A DNA stretch of 63,624 bases, the filler included, from Calcarisporiella thermophila CBS 279.70 (Eukaryota > Fungi > Calcarisporiellomycota): assembly GCF_041956535.1 (NCBI RefSeq). It is 5 parts of 5 records of this genome, joined end to end, with 100 filler letters (N's around TTAATTAATTAA, not from the genome) between each part and the next. Parts side by side here need not be neighbours in the genome. Positions count along the whole stretch, not along the records: positions 29,299 to 56,292 come from NW_027192198.1; 4 more parts are not named here. One strand, 5' to 3'. Shown piece by piece: positions 37,405-50,080 of the stretch. Made by a program: the position numbers and the translations under genes. Within the stretch, counting starts at the first letter, position 1. The number at the start of each line of letters is the position of its first letter. The notes under the pieces are model-generated. The model saw only the letters and a program-made list of their open reading frames with translations. It had not been told where the DNA came from and ran no database searches.

Positions 37405-38811
37405 ATGAGCCTTGCTCTTTTTCTTCTTCTCCTGTGTACTTTCTTAATTCAAATCAGTGCTCTCCCCTCTAAACCACTCTCTGTATGCTTGGACATCCCC
37501 GATCCGCTCACTCCGCACCATCGTGTGCAGACCCCCTGTGTGGTCGAGCGGGTTCCTGACCCTTTTACACGACGATTGCGAAAGATGGTGAAGCGCGCAA
37601 ATAGAGGCCAGTTTCTCCTCACCTTCCGATGCGACAACAACGCACCCCCTGGGCTGTGCAATAAAGCAAAGCGGAACTTGGACAGGGCAGGTGAAATCCT
37701 CCTGGATACTCTGGGTATCACCACAAATATCAAGGTGGATGCCTCGCTTTTGCCCATGCCCAGGCTAACTCTGGGTAGGTCAGAAACATTGTGTATTTCG
37801 AACGGGGAGAAACTCATCATTCATTATACACTGTAGGCTCGGCACAAGCAACCCGAATGCATCCTCTTCAGGACCGGGACGGTAAAATAAGGCACTATCC
37901 ACAAGCACTTGTGAAGGAGTTCGGATACGAAAATGGCTTTCAACTTTCAAACTTCGATATTAAGGCCACCTTCAACAGCCGGGCAGACTGGCTATTTGAG
38001 GTAAATGGGAAGAAACATTGCACTCATCCCTTCTGAGCACTAACTAATTGTTAAAAAACACTCTCAGGAGGATGAAGGATCGTCGCCTAAGCAACTATCT
38101 AACTTTTTGGCAACGGTAACAAATGGCATTACTCTATTACATCCCTAGAGGCGATATTGACTAAATCGTTATTCAAATTTCGCATAGGCAATGCATGAAT
38201 TTCTTCACGGATTCGGAATGATTAGCAATTGGCGTCCTCTAGATGACAACCAACCCACGCAGTTTCTCGCACCTGCTATGACAGGCACATTTACATCTAG
38301 AAGCCCGAATCTCAAAGAAGTGTCCTTCATTGAGTCAGTTTTTGATCGTCATGTCTACGTGAAGGCGGGCAATAATGAGTGGATCCCTGCATCGGAATAT
38401 ACAGATATGATGAACAATTTCCTTGCAAACAAGGCATTTCAATTCCGCAATTTTGATGATGCCAAGAATGGGCTTATACGCTCAGAAGCAAGTCGTTGGG
38501 CCGCCAGCATGCTTCGAGCCGCAACCACTCCTCAGGGTCTTGCCTTTATGCCCACGCGTACCCCCAACGATAGAAACAAAGTCTTTCTAGAATCTTCATT
38601 GGCACCATTCCGCTCTCGCTCTTCAATATCTCACCTCGACATTGCAACGTATAAAAATACTGCTGACTGGCTGATGCCCTATCTGGCCGTGAGACCTATG
38701 TGTGTGCAGAAGATGAGCGACTGGGTCAGGGAATTCGGGAGTCCATTTGGTCCCGGGACGCTCCGGATATTGACCGCGATGGGATACGACACTAAGTGGC
38801 CCTGGGAATAG
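37405..38811 (+). CDS. Secreted HEXXH (zincin-like) protein, multi-exon
   Basis: Signal peptide, YPQALVK, DIKATFNS, MHEFLHGFG motif, SSISHLD. Confidence 0.7.
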
Positions 38812-39396
38812 AGCAGATTCGAAGTGTTTGTTTGTAAATACGCACTTTTAATACACTGTCTTTTTCAGATCATTACAAACACGGTGAAAAGCAGCCGTCG
38901 TGTTACGGAATAAACTGCAGTGCCTATTAGTTAGGCCGATGGCAGTCGGCTGTGTTAGAGAAATAATGCAAACCTGACCTATACATAATAAAGATATAGC
39001 TGGGCTGCGGTCCGCTCTGTTCTGCTTCTCTTCAGTTCGATATGATTGCGGCGGCCAACACCAGCCGGGCATGCCAGCAGAAATCGAATCCAGCAGACGC
39101 CCACATTTTTGAGTATCCGTGCGCCTCGGACTATTTACAACGCACTAAATTTTTCGCAACCAAATAAATCAAAATACATTCCAAACGACAAGCAGGAAGC
39201 ATCGATTCAACTAGAGGAGAGCCCAAAAGGGAATGAACCGCTGTACCGATGGAATTTTCCGGATCCATATAAATATTTCATTCGGCTCACGAACGCATCC
39301 TTGTTCTTGTGAGTCCCCCTTGTTCACTCATTTCTTGGACCTCTGCGATTATCTAGTCGAGCTTATCCTATATGAGAACAATATAATCTTCACAAT

Positions 39397-39982
39397 ATGA
39401 AGCTCACTATACCCATTTTTCTCTTTGCGTGTACCACTCTGGCTGCAGCAGGTAAATTCCGCTCCATAGACCGTGTGTTTGTAGGCACTCTCCCGCCCTC
39501 CTAATACTTTACTTTACTGCAGATACACTCCGCCTCCTTGTGCCTCAAGGGCGAAACAAGGCCATGCCGGGAGGCAAGGTGCCTTTCCGACTTGAAGGTA
39601 GCTTACAGGACTATTTCGCTTTGATGGATTCTAGAGTTTTGATTCACCATACTTCCCCCTCTTTGTTTCTTTCTCTTGATTTATTGCGTTAGCCACATAC
39701 AAGAAAGAAGGAATGCTTGAAACGGTGGATATGCAACTCGTAGACAAGAAGGGGGTTGTCCTTGCACATGATGTCGCACGCGCACAGCAGCCACGGTGGG
39801 AAAAGGGCCGGGTTTATAACGGGCAGGTGAGCATGCCGGATTTCCTACAGCAGGGAGAATATAAACTGCGGGTAGTGGGAGCGGAAGCTTACAAGTGCGC
39901 AAAGCCTCCGGCTGGGAAACAATGGTGCACCGAAACAGTCACTGCAGAGGCCCCTATACAAGTCGCGAAGAGCAAGCAGTAA
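39397..39982 (+). CDS. Small secreted protein, 3 exons
   Basis: MKLTIPIFLFACTTLAAA signal peptide, GT-AG introns, Cys pair near the C-terminus. Confidence 0.6.
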
Positions 39983-40200
39983 TGGAGGAGGGGGCTCTGC
40001 TTTTGCTCCGTGTGAATAATAAATCCTGTAGAAAAAGGCACCTCACGTCTTTCTTGTTGTATTCATCTATTCTATTTTTTCTTCCCCCTTTTTTCTTCTT
40101 CATCCAACTTGTTTCAATGATGCTTTTGTTTATAGTCAAAATAAAATAAAATGGCAATTGAAATTAAACATAATTATCGATAAAATTGGTGAGGATATAT

Positions 40201-41993
40201 CTAGTGCCGCCAACTACAATTTACAAAATAGAGCTTAGGTTGTGGAGTCCTCAATTAATCTAGCACAGCTTCACTTACATCTTTAACTGTCGATCCTTCC
40301 CTCCACTCGCCACCTTATCTCCGCCGGGACTCCAGTCCACACTGTAGACCTCGTCTGCATGGCCCGGTAAATCCAGCTTGATTTTGTTAGTTTTGAGATC
40401 CCAAATCTTGAGAGTAGAATCGCGTGAGCCACTTAGTAGCATCCGGCTATCAGATGACCAGCACACTTGATAAACTCGCCCAACATGGCCTCGAAGGGAT
40501 GCAATGAACCTTATCGTCAAAAAATTGAATGAGTGTGAGATGAGCTCCAGATATTATGGAATCAAAAGCAGACTACTTACTTTCCAGTGAATCCATCCCA
40601 TAATTTAACCGAGTTGTCGAAAGAAGCACTTGCAATCAGGCGCCCGTCTGGGGAAAAGCTCACCTGGTTAATTGGCTGCTGATGGCCAGTTAATCTTGCA
40701 ATTGGCTTCTTGCTTGTATTGGGTTCCCAAAGATACATTGTAAAGTCGTCTGAGCCAGTCACCAAGCGTTCACACCGCTTTCCTTTATTCTCCTGGTATC
40801 TTTTCAACGCCTTCTCCTTCGCCTCCTCCTCTACTTCGTAGCTGGTGCCTGTATGGTCGAATGCACCCGTTCTTAACACAAAGTCGGTGCTCAGTGCCAT
40901 CGTATTGACCCAGTGCGCATGTCCAGATAAGGTCTTCACAAGGGTGCCATTAGAATTCCATACTTTAATGCTTTTGTCCTGCGAACCCGTGTAGATCAAC
41001 CCCTCGCCTCCCCATTTGATACAAGTGACAGCAGCGGTATGCTGCGCAAGAGTGATGGTACATCGTCTGAGTTTAGTGTCCCAGATGCGGACGGTACCAT
41101 CTTTAGAACTAGATGCTACACGATTACATTTTGGATTTCTAAGAGAAAGAGTATGCATAATTAAAACAAGAACGGGAGACAAAGTGGGTTGAACTTCTTA
41201 CAAGTGTAGAGGCTCCCATGCCAGAGCGGTAATCCATTTTGTATGTCCTTTAAGTGGTCCTCCAATCGCCTTGCCAGTCTTCGGGTCCCAGAGACGCACC
41301 ATATTGTCCATGCCTCCTGAAACTAGGGTCTTTGCGTCGGGCGACCAAGAAATGCATAAGACCCAGTGAGTATGGCCAGTCAAGGTGTGTTGTGGTGTTT
41401 CAGTGTCAAGGTCCCAAATGCGCACAGTTGTGTCTCCTAAGAGTGGGATAGAAAGTTAGTATTTTTTCATACATTCCGTTCCCATTTCGAACGGCCGGTA
41501 TCAACTCTTAACCTACCCGAACCGCTGGCAAGTTGACTTCCATCGGGACTGAATCCAACACTCAGAATGGCGTCGCTATGCCCAGGTAATGTCGAACTAC
41601 ATCTCGTCACAGCACGTACTCTGAATACTGCCTGTGGTTGATAAATAATGGTAATAATTTCTTCGCTTGACTTGCTAAGGCCCTCAATGATATCGGTATG
41701 AAGAGATCGAGTTATTTCGGTGTCGTCGACATAAAATGAATAAGGGAGAGGTTCTTCCTTTAAATTTGTACATAATTAGTATTTCTTTCCCCTGTATATC
41801 AGTAAAGGTTTAAGAGGAGAAATAGAAGGAAAGGAAATTGGAGAATTACATTTTGCAGGAGCTGGTTAATTAGTAAACGTAACTGCTCTGCATTTACATC
41901 TGCCGGGATATTTAATGGTGGACCAGCGGTTTCACCATCTCTTGATTGGAACTGGGCAATAACATGCCCTTTCGGCTCTTCTGCTGTTGCCAT
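40201..41993 (-). CDS. RSA4: Ribosome assembly WD40 protein Rsa4/Notchless
   Basis: NLE domain (QFQSRDGETAGPPLNIP, YQPQAVFRVRAVTRC), HAHWVNTMALSTDFVLRTG, DLPGHADEVYSVDWSPGGDKVASGGKD. Confidence 0.93.
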
Positions 41994-42176
41994 AGTTGAA
42001 GTGCGTTTAAAGATAGTTATGCGAAGAAATGAATAGTTTGTGACTTTGTTTGCTTTGTGATTGAAGAAAAACTAAGCCGCTGATCGGGATTCGAAAATTA
42101 GAAAGACGCGTATTTCAAAAAGTCAAATCACGTATAAACTATTTTAACAACCCTTAAGGTGGCCTTAGAAAAAATA

Positions 42177-44897
42177 ATGAGCACGTCGTCGAAGCATTCA
42201 CGCAAGAAATCCAATCCCCAGCCATCTCCAGCTTCTCAGCGCGACAACCTGACACGAAAACTCCACCAACTTAAGGATTTGATCCACACTAATGAAGCGA
42301 AATGCGAGGAATTTTCCACCCATATTTCGCAGCTGGAATCAAACGTGTCCAATCTCCGGCGGCAAATTAGAGAAAAGAAGCTTCGTCTTTTTATGATGGA
42401 AAGATATGCAGAGGAATGCAAGAAGTGGGTAACTGTTCTGAATGAGTTCAGAGAGAGGATGGAAGCAACTAGAAGCGAATATACAAAATTGGATGAGGGG
42501 TAAGCATAGCGGTACTTTTATTAATTTACCTCAGGGATGACAGAAAATATTGAAATACATGTCTCTTTCTAGACCGAATTTAATTGGGAAAGACAGAGCC
42601 CTAGAAACAACTCTTATGGTATGTATTTTGCCTCTGAGAATTTCGACAATGAAATTAGTTCCTAATTATACATTAGATAAAAATCCGGGAAGTATGTGAG
42701 AAACTGCTGCAAATTGCGAGGGAATGTTCACATGGGTAATCCAAGAATAAGCCATAAACATAACTTTTCCGATTCGAATCCTAACCTTTCCATTTATATA
42801 TTGTTTAGAGCTGACTCGGCAAATGAAAAGCAAATCCAGAGTATTCTTAATTCTATAGAAGTAAGACGTAAATTAATATCAAAAAGCAATAGAGGTTCTA
42901 ATATCGAAACATTTTTGTTTAATGTAGGATATTGTCAAATCCACCACGCCCTATGCTCTACTTTCGTCTTTAGCTGCAATCATAAGAACCGCGACCAAGG
43001 ATCTGCAAAAAAAAACGAAAGTCAATCACTCTAGCAACCCTAATGAATCTCGACCGTCATCTCGCCCACCTGATGCCAGAAAGTCGGCAAACATGCATAG
43101 AAGAATGTCAAGTCAAGTGGAGAAAGAATTGGATAGAAAGAAGGAAAAAGTCGAGTTGGTTTTAAATGTAGGTGGTCTAGATCCACTGCTTTTTATTTTC
43201 AAGGCCGAATAGGTTGACTTTTCTATCATCCCATTATAGCAATTACAAGATGATCACATCTTCAATTTCGTTAAGATTGAAGATATTCATGGACAGAATG
43301 CGGTACTTCGGGCCCAATTAGCCGATTTATGGTGCCGCTTTGACTCTCTTATATCATCTGATCCTTCAAGGGATATGATTAAATCTTATACTGCGGACAA
43401 AATCGAGGCGTCAGCGCAACAAACAGCAAGTCATTTTGCCGCTACAATTGTGAAAGAATGGAGAAAACGCCGCGATGAATTGAGTGCAGAGGGCACGGAG
43501 TTAAGAGACCTGAGGGCTCGAGTCGAACATTCCCAGGCTTTAGAAGTAGCTTACAATATCAATACTTTCATTGGTGTCTTGGCTTAGTTTTTTGTTTTTT
43601 TATCAGGAAGAGCAAAGAGTTTTAATACGACGGATTGCTTATGAAAATTCCCAGTTACTTAATGGTTTTCATACTCAGCATCAAGAAGTATTAGCTATTT
43701 TATTTTTTTTATTTGAAACTCTCTGCTTATCGTTAGTCATTGCCTCTCGTCAGGGCCGTACTTTCTCTCAGCTTCACACTTTGCCTCTTCGACCAGAGCT
43801 CAAAATACTCACACACCATCTTACAGGATTCATTAAACGCGAAACGGATGGCTTTAACAGGGTTGCGATCGGAAAGTGCCTCCACTTGAGGCTGCTTGAG
43901 TAGGTCAATTAGACACGTGTGGAGTTGTAGGGCTATTTCGTTAAAGCGATATCTTTTTTCTTTGCAGCGAGACTGTATGTTATGATGCATTGAGTCTTGT
44001 TAGGATAAAGAAAGAATGCGTCTTGCAGCAGTTGAGAGCCAATTTATGTATACGAGGAAACACGGTAGGAGACCATTGTTGTTATGCGTAAATTGTATCC
44101 CGAAAGGTTTATTTTTAACTCTCAATGCTTGCTTTGACCTCAGAGTGCACCGGAGCAGCTAGTCCATCAGCTTTGTACACAGAAGCAGCAAGGTATCCTT
44201 TGGCTTCCTTCTTTGACACGCCTTGCATAATCAAAATAGCATAATTGGATATTAACATTTAACCATATGTGCTCATAGTAACACAAATGTCTATAGATTG
44301 CAAAAACATTCAGGATCAGTTTTCGCTAGCTCGTGGTAATTTCCTGTCTGTTGGTAAGTACAATTGGAATGTTAGTTGTGTTTTCTAGTTGACAGGATTA
44401 TTTATTATGGTGCTTATGACGTTTGGAACTAGCAAATAAATGGAGGGAGGATATGACGACGGACGCATCGGAGTCTGGAGCCCACTCTGGAATAGGACAG
44501 GTTGTCGAGCAAATAGGGGAGTATGCAAAAGCACTGAAAGGTAAGCTAGCTTTGCAATGGATTGGTAGGCCAGGGCACGGAGACGCACTGTAGTGAGCAG
44601 CTACTAACACTGAGCACTCCTATAGACTCAACTGAGCGGAAAGACTCCGAATTTCTTTCCAAACATATTGCGCGATTGCAGGATAAGTGTGGACTCGCTT
44701 TAGAAGCGGACGTGGTCGCGAAGGGGATAAAGGACTTGTTGGCCGAAAGGTTTGCTTTTTTTTTTCTTTCCCTGGGAATCGCTTTTTTTTTCCTAGTGCT
44801 TATGCCCTGTCGATATTTACATATTTATACAAATTTTAGGAATAAACTGGTGAGCGGTCAGCTAGCCACGGAGATTGTGAAATGCGACGGAAAAAAC
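42177..44897 (+). CDS. Multi-exon coiled-coil protein, possibly augmin/HAUS5-like
   Basis: Many short exons with GT-AG junctions and a coiled-coil N-terminal exon. The family assignment is a weak recollection only. Confidence 0.45.
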
Positions 44898-45818
44898 CTG
44901 CTCGACCACCAGTTGTGAAGTAGAGTCAATGGCAGAATATATAAACAAAAACAAACAAAGGAGATGCATTGCGCATGGGCTCGCATTTCTTAGCGTGAAA
45001 ACTCTATTAATCTCAGATCGAATTGTGATCGGAAGGGAGGACACAGTCTACGACGGGGGTCCGAAGCATTACGCCTAAGTGAACTTTCATTTGCTCAGCC
45101 AAAATAATTTTGGATCTTTTTCATTTTTCTGTTATTGTTTTCTTTTCATTTTCTTCTCTTTTCTCTTCCTTTGATACTATGAAAACTTTGCTCTTGATGT
45201 CTAGCTGCCGACTTGATTAATTAGCCCTTGTTTGTCATCACCTATAGCCAACCGGTGATAGTCTTCAATTGTGTATATATATAACTTATTTATCTAAGAA
45301 AAATTTTTTCTGATTTTTTGGGGTTGGGGCAAGGTGGTCTTTGCCTTGATTAATATATTGATTTTTTTTTCTCTTTCTTTCTCTCTCTCACCTTTTCCCC
45401 TCCACTTTTCACTTTCCTATCCGTTCAGTATACTGATAGAAGGGAGCATTGAAGAAATTTCAGTAAGTACTATAGCTTAATTGCATTTTTTAAATCAAGC
45501 TGTGTGCTTGCATATTATTTTTTTGCCTGTGTTTTATATTTGCACCGGGGGTGATGTGGATCCGATTTTCAGCTCATTATCAATTATCTTTTTTCTCCAA
45601 TTAACACAAATCCTATTTACATTAGGAAAAAGCTTTTCTTCTACATCCACATCCCCATTTGTGTGCTTTTGCTTAAGCTCAAACGGTAAAAATAATGAAC
45701 GAATATATATACTTTATTATGCAACTGTTATGATGGAACTTAGTTATTAACTCAATTTTAATATATAGTCTTTTTTCCTCTTCACTCCCCTCTTGTCTCC
45801 ACACCGCCACTGCCTGAG

Positions 45819-47237
45819 ATGCGGGAGTCCAATTTCTGTAATCCGATCCAAAACCGTGCTGTCATCTGTATCACGTCTTCACTCTATGATCGTCGTGCGC
45901 TTGATTGTACGGAGGATTTGCCGCTAATCAACTCACTAAATCACCTCACTTACCTCACCAGTACTTCATCACGAGTGCGTGAAATCCTTACGCAAGATGG
46001 TGGGCTTCAGCGGCTTGTCCGGATCTTGAAAACGACCATGCCTACTGATCGAAAGAGCGCATGGAAATGGTCACTTGCCTTCCAGTGTGTAGTGAACGTG
46101 GGAATACGTGGGAGCGAAGCCGTCAGGGTACGCGTGTTTCAGGCTGGTGCGGTTGGGGTGGTGCTTTGGCTACTTTCCAATTTTCTACAAGCTTTGGAGC
46201 AAGTAAGGCAGGAACGTCAGCAGGAGCGCCAACATCAGCTGCAATACACAATACCGAATGGAAATGCATGGAGGACGCAACCTCTTCTTCCTTTGCTATT
46301 GCCGCACAATCCGGTTGCATTACGAGAGAATTCTGCTGTCGAGGACCAGTCCGTCGATGCGATATCATCAACCACGCCCACACCTGCTAATGCATCCCCT
46401 GCCTCCAGTGCTACGGCCGCTACTACTGTGACCGCCGCTGATCCTGCCTCTACTCTCCCAACAGCCGAACGCAATGCAAACAATGCACAACCACACCTCT
46501 CGCCTGTCATACCCACTCACATTGTTGGCGTGGGTACTATACCCGCACCCTCGGAACAACCGGAACATGCCATTGGCCCCCATCCCATGCCATTTGACCC
46601 GAACAGTGTGATGTATCGTGAGGAGGACTTGATTCTGTCACTGCAGCTTCTTGCTTATCTTTCCAAATATCCGAAACTACGCAATGCATTCCATACAGCC
46701 TATCGACCCTATAACCTCTTTTCGATCGTCGAACGCTTCACACAACGATCGCATCCGCCGGATGTGCAATACTGGGCTGGTGTGATCATGCGCAATGCAT
46801 GCCGCAAGGACGATACACGCGGTGGGATCCGAAAATGTGCTAATATGGCGTGCAATCAGTGGGAGCGGTACCAGCGAGAATTTGCCAAATGCAGAAGATG
46901 TCGAAAGGCCAAATATTGTTCCAAGCAATGCCAAAGTAGAGCGTGGAGTGATGGGCACCGGTGGTGGTGTGTAGAGCGACCATCTTCAGCGCTGGCCGCT
47001 GGATCAAATCCAGGCCCTGCAAACGGGGCCCCGTCCACGGGTCAGGTTAGGGATGAGGAACGAGTAGGCTCGACTTCTCACCGTTTCCATGCATCCCACC
47101 ACGAAGTTTCAACCATTGTTCAACCCCCCGATGGCGCCGCAAGTGGGCCGTTTCAGGCAAGAGGGCTGCCCGAATCAATGGATGTAGATAATGCCTTGGG
47201 CGGGATGGTGGGTCAGAATACAGAGGAGAGTTGGTGA
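45819..47237 (+). CDS. MUB1: MYND-type zinc finger protein Mub1/SamB
   Basis: MRESNF...ITSSLYDRRALDCT, SLAFQCVVNVGIRGSE, WAGVIMRNACRKDD..GGIRKCAN..C..FAKCRRC..YCSKQCQ..W..H. Confidence 0.92.
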   Translation: MRESNFCNPIQNRAVICITSSLYDRRALDCTEDLPLINSLNHLTYLTSTSSRVREILTQDGGLQRLVRILKTTMPTDRKSAWKWSLAFQCVVNVGIRGSEAVRVRVFQAGAVGVVLWLLSNFLQALEQVRQERQQERQHQLQYTIPNGNAWRTQPLLPLLLPHNPVALRENSAVEDQSVDAISSTTPTPANASPASSATAATTVTAADPASTLPTAERNANNAQPHLSPVIPTHIVGVGTIPAPSEQPEHAIGPHPMPFDPNSVMYREEDLILSLQLLAYLSKYPKLRNAFHTAYRPYNLFSIVERFTQRSHPPDVQYWAGVIMRNACRKDDTRGGIRKCANMACNQWERYQREFAKCRRCRKAKYCSKQCQSRAWSDGHRWWCVERPSSALAAGSNPGPANGAPSTGQVRDEERVGSTSHRFHASHHEVSTIVQPPDGAASGPFQARGLPESMDVDNALGGMVGQNTEESW

Positions 47238-47597
47238 ATTCGCTAAACAAGTCAGCTTGCAGCCTTCCCCCCCCCCCCCATTAATTTTCGCTATTCATTA
47301 CGGTTTTCATCTTTTTTTGTTTCTCTTCTATTCTCTTTTCTTCCTCCCTCAATATATAATTAAATGTTTCCTTTTTCCATATAAATATGTTATATAATTC
47401 TTGGCATTTTCTCATTATTTTTTTCTTGGATATTTCCCCTTATTTTTTTTCCTCTTTTCTCGGATTTGAAAGATCGTCTTTAATAAAGACAACTATTATC
47501 TTATCATTAATTTGCTGCGCCGCTCTTCTGTCGAGTTTCATAGACACTTTCTAGCGAATGGCTAGATCAAAACGATTGAGGGGTTATTTGCAGAATA

Positions 47598-49114
47598 ATG
47601 GTGTTAGTAAGGCCCCGCTGCTTTTTCGACATTGATATTGATGGCCAGCGCGGTATGTGGAATCTTACTTGTTCTCTTTTACTCTTCTATTCTTTTCTTT
47701 TCTTTATCTTATAGTCAAGGAATTAATACTTTCATTCATACATAGTTGGGAGAATTGTCTTTGAGCTCTTTAGCGATGAAGTTCCAAAGACCGCCGAGAA
47801 TTTTCGTGCACTGTGTACAGGTGAAAAGGGTATCTCGAGCATAAGCAAGGTGCCATTACACTATCGAGGATCCGTTTTTCACCGTGTCATCAAAGGCTTC
47901 ATGGTCCAAGGTGGAGACTTCACAAGGAGAAACGGCACAGGTGGAGAAAGTAAGTTTGACGTGTAGATTACAAGCTCCCCCTTTTCTCGTACTCTCAACG
48001 ATGCGTACCTACACCCGCTTGTGCTTCTACTATGCTTGCGCATGTATATTAATGGATTGTTTATATAGGTATTTATGGTTCCAATTTTCCCGATGAATCG
48101 CTTACACGCCCGCATGATGAACCCTTTCTGCTCTCTATGGCAAATCGTGGACCTAACACACAGTCTTCCCAGTTTTTTATTACGGTGCGACCAGCCCCAC
48201 ATCTTGATGGAAAACATGTGGTGTTTGGACGCGTCGTGAGCGGGGAGAACGTAGTTCGCGAGATAGAAAATGTAGTTGTGGATCAACAAGACCGCCCAGT
48301 GAAGAATGTCATGGTAGCGAATTGTGGTGAGCTAGTTTTAGTAAAACCACAAGGGACCGCAAATGATGCGGCGAGAATGGCGAAGAAACGGGAGGGCACG
48401 GAGAGTGGGAGCGAGAGTGAGGAAAGTATGGATGAGAGGAAGAAGAAGCAACACAAGAAGCGGAAGAAGAAGAGCAAAAAGAAGCGAAAGCATCGGAGTG
48501 GCTCGCCCGCATACTCTGGATCAGAATCAGAGAGCGAAGAAGAGAGAAGGCGAAGGAAAAAGAAAAAAAAGAAAAGCAAAAAGAAGAAGCACCGAAAAGA
48601 GCGAGATGAGCGCCGACCTCGTGGTAAGGAGAGTGAAAGCGAAGGGGAAAGGGGCCGTTCTAGAACTCGAAAGAGCCGATCCCGTAGCCGATCCTTGACT
48701 CTCTCACGCTCGCGATCGTCATCCCGTGAATGCTCTGCCTCACCAAGAAAAGCAACTCAGTCTCGCCACCAAAATCAAGCACGAAGCGACTCTCGCTCTC
48801 GCTCCCGCTCCCGCTCAATCGTATCGGCAATACGTTCGCCTGCTCCCCGTTCTCCCTCTGAAAGTTCTCCGCCGCCTCCGAATGAATCCCGGAAAGTTAC
48901 CTCTCCGGGGAGAAATGGAAATGAAAAGATATCGAGAGGGAGAAGATTCAGTCGGTCGCCTCACAAGTATGTAGAAGAAAGGATTGTCCACGTGAGAGGG
49001 GAGAGATACAAAATTGAAGCACCCGAATGGGAGATTGACCGGGGATATAAAACAAGTGAAAAGGAAGTAAAGGTGCGAGGAAGGGGCAGAGTGAGATATC
49101 GCCCGAGGTGGTAG
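47598..49114 (+). CDS. Cyclophilin-type PPIase with Lys-rich and RS-rich tail (PPIG/CYP63-like)
   Basis: [60 protein letters not shown] repeats. Confidence 0.92.
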
Positions 49115-49421
49115 GACGTGGTTTTTAAGTTGGTGGAACTTTTATACTCTTTACAAACAATCCAAAAATAACAAAGTGGATAAGGACACGAACTTATCGC
49201 TCTGCTCTTCTCGCTTACGTTGTCTTTCTTTCACATTTAAAGTATGTTTTTCTTAACCATGCATACATTGGAAAAGACAATTTAAAATAAAGACATTCAA
49301 CTGCCCTCTGAACCATTCTATCATTCTAGTTTCGCAAGAAGAGCAAGTCGATATTGTAGTGTAACACAAAAATAAATTAAAGCTGACCGCAAAATTCGAG
49401 GCTATAAAAAAATAATTGTTT

Positions 49422-49493
49422 GGGCTCAACTGGGAATTGAACCCAGGACCTCTCCCACCCTAAGGGAGAATTATACCACTAAACCATTGAGCC
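49422..49493 (-). tRNA. tRNA-Pro(AGG)
   Basis: Acceptor GGCTCAA/TTGAGCC, anticodon arm CTCCC-TT AGG GT-GGGAG, 72 nt. Confidence 0.95.
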
Positions 49494-49574
49494 GATCTGT
49501 TGATGTTACGAGAAAATTGGTTTTTGGTACGGGCAAGTCACCTTGACAGTCACAAGTGACTCGAGAGTATAACT

Positions 49575-49588
49575 TGATCAAAAAAAAA
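49575..49588 (+). mobile_element. Ultra-truncated retro-insertion (TGATC + A9)
   Basis: Flanked by a perfect 17-bp repeat GACTCGAGAGTATAACT at 49558-49574 and 49589-49605. Confidence 0.8.
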
Positions 49589-49605
49589 GACTCGAGAGTA
49601 TAACT

Positions 49606-49942
49606 GGGAGGGTTAGTGTAGTGGACTATCCCTGGGATGCCGATGAGAACGGCGTGGGTTCGAATCCCACTTCCCCCACCAGCACTTACTCTTAGTTTGT
49701 GGCTGCTGTCCACTTGATCAGAAATTGAGTCTACATTATTGAAAGGATCCTTCCTACGATAAGTACAAAGATTACATCGGTTTCACGTACATGCTATTCA
49801 CGACAACTACGATACACGCATATCGATTGAACGCCTATCGACCAAGGACCTATATCTTGTTATGTTAAGTCCATTGACATTAACTTCATGTAATATATGG
49901 AAATTAAATAAAATGTTTCCATTGATTGATCAAAAAAAAAAA
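49606..49942 (+). mobile_element. SINE-A, full length
   Basis: TSD GACTCGAGAGTATA at 49589-49602 and 49943-49956. Confidence 0.93.
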
Positions 49943-50080
49943 GACTCGAGAGTATATCTTTTCTTGACTTATTTAAACCCTTTGTTTTGTTTTAATGTTC
50001 TATACCAATTCTCTGAACTATAAAGATAAATTTTCTTATTTTATCAAGATCCAACACTTTGTCACAACCTAGTCTTGCAC

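Larger units (their letters stand above)
49504..50080 (+). repeat. LTR-like repeat starting TGTTACG 10 nt upstream of tRNA-Pro, split by two non-LTR insertions
   Basis: Both halves (49504-49571 and 49957-50060) recur near 28.5 kb and 29.3 kb. Confidence 0.55.
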
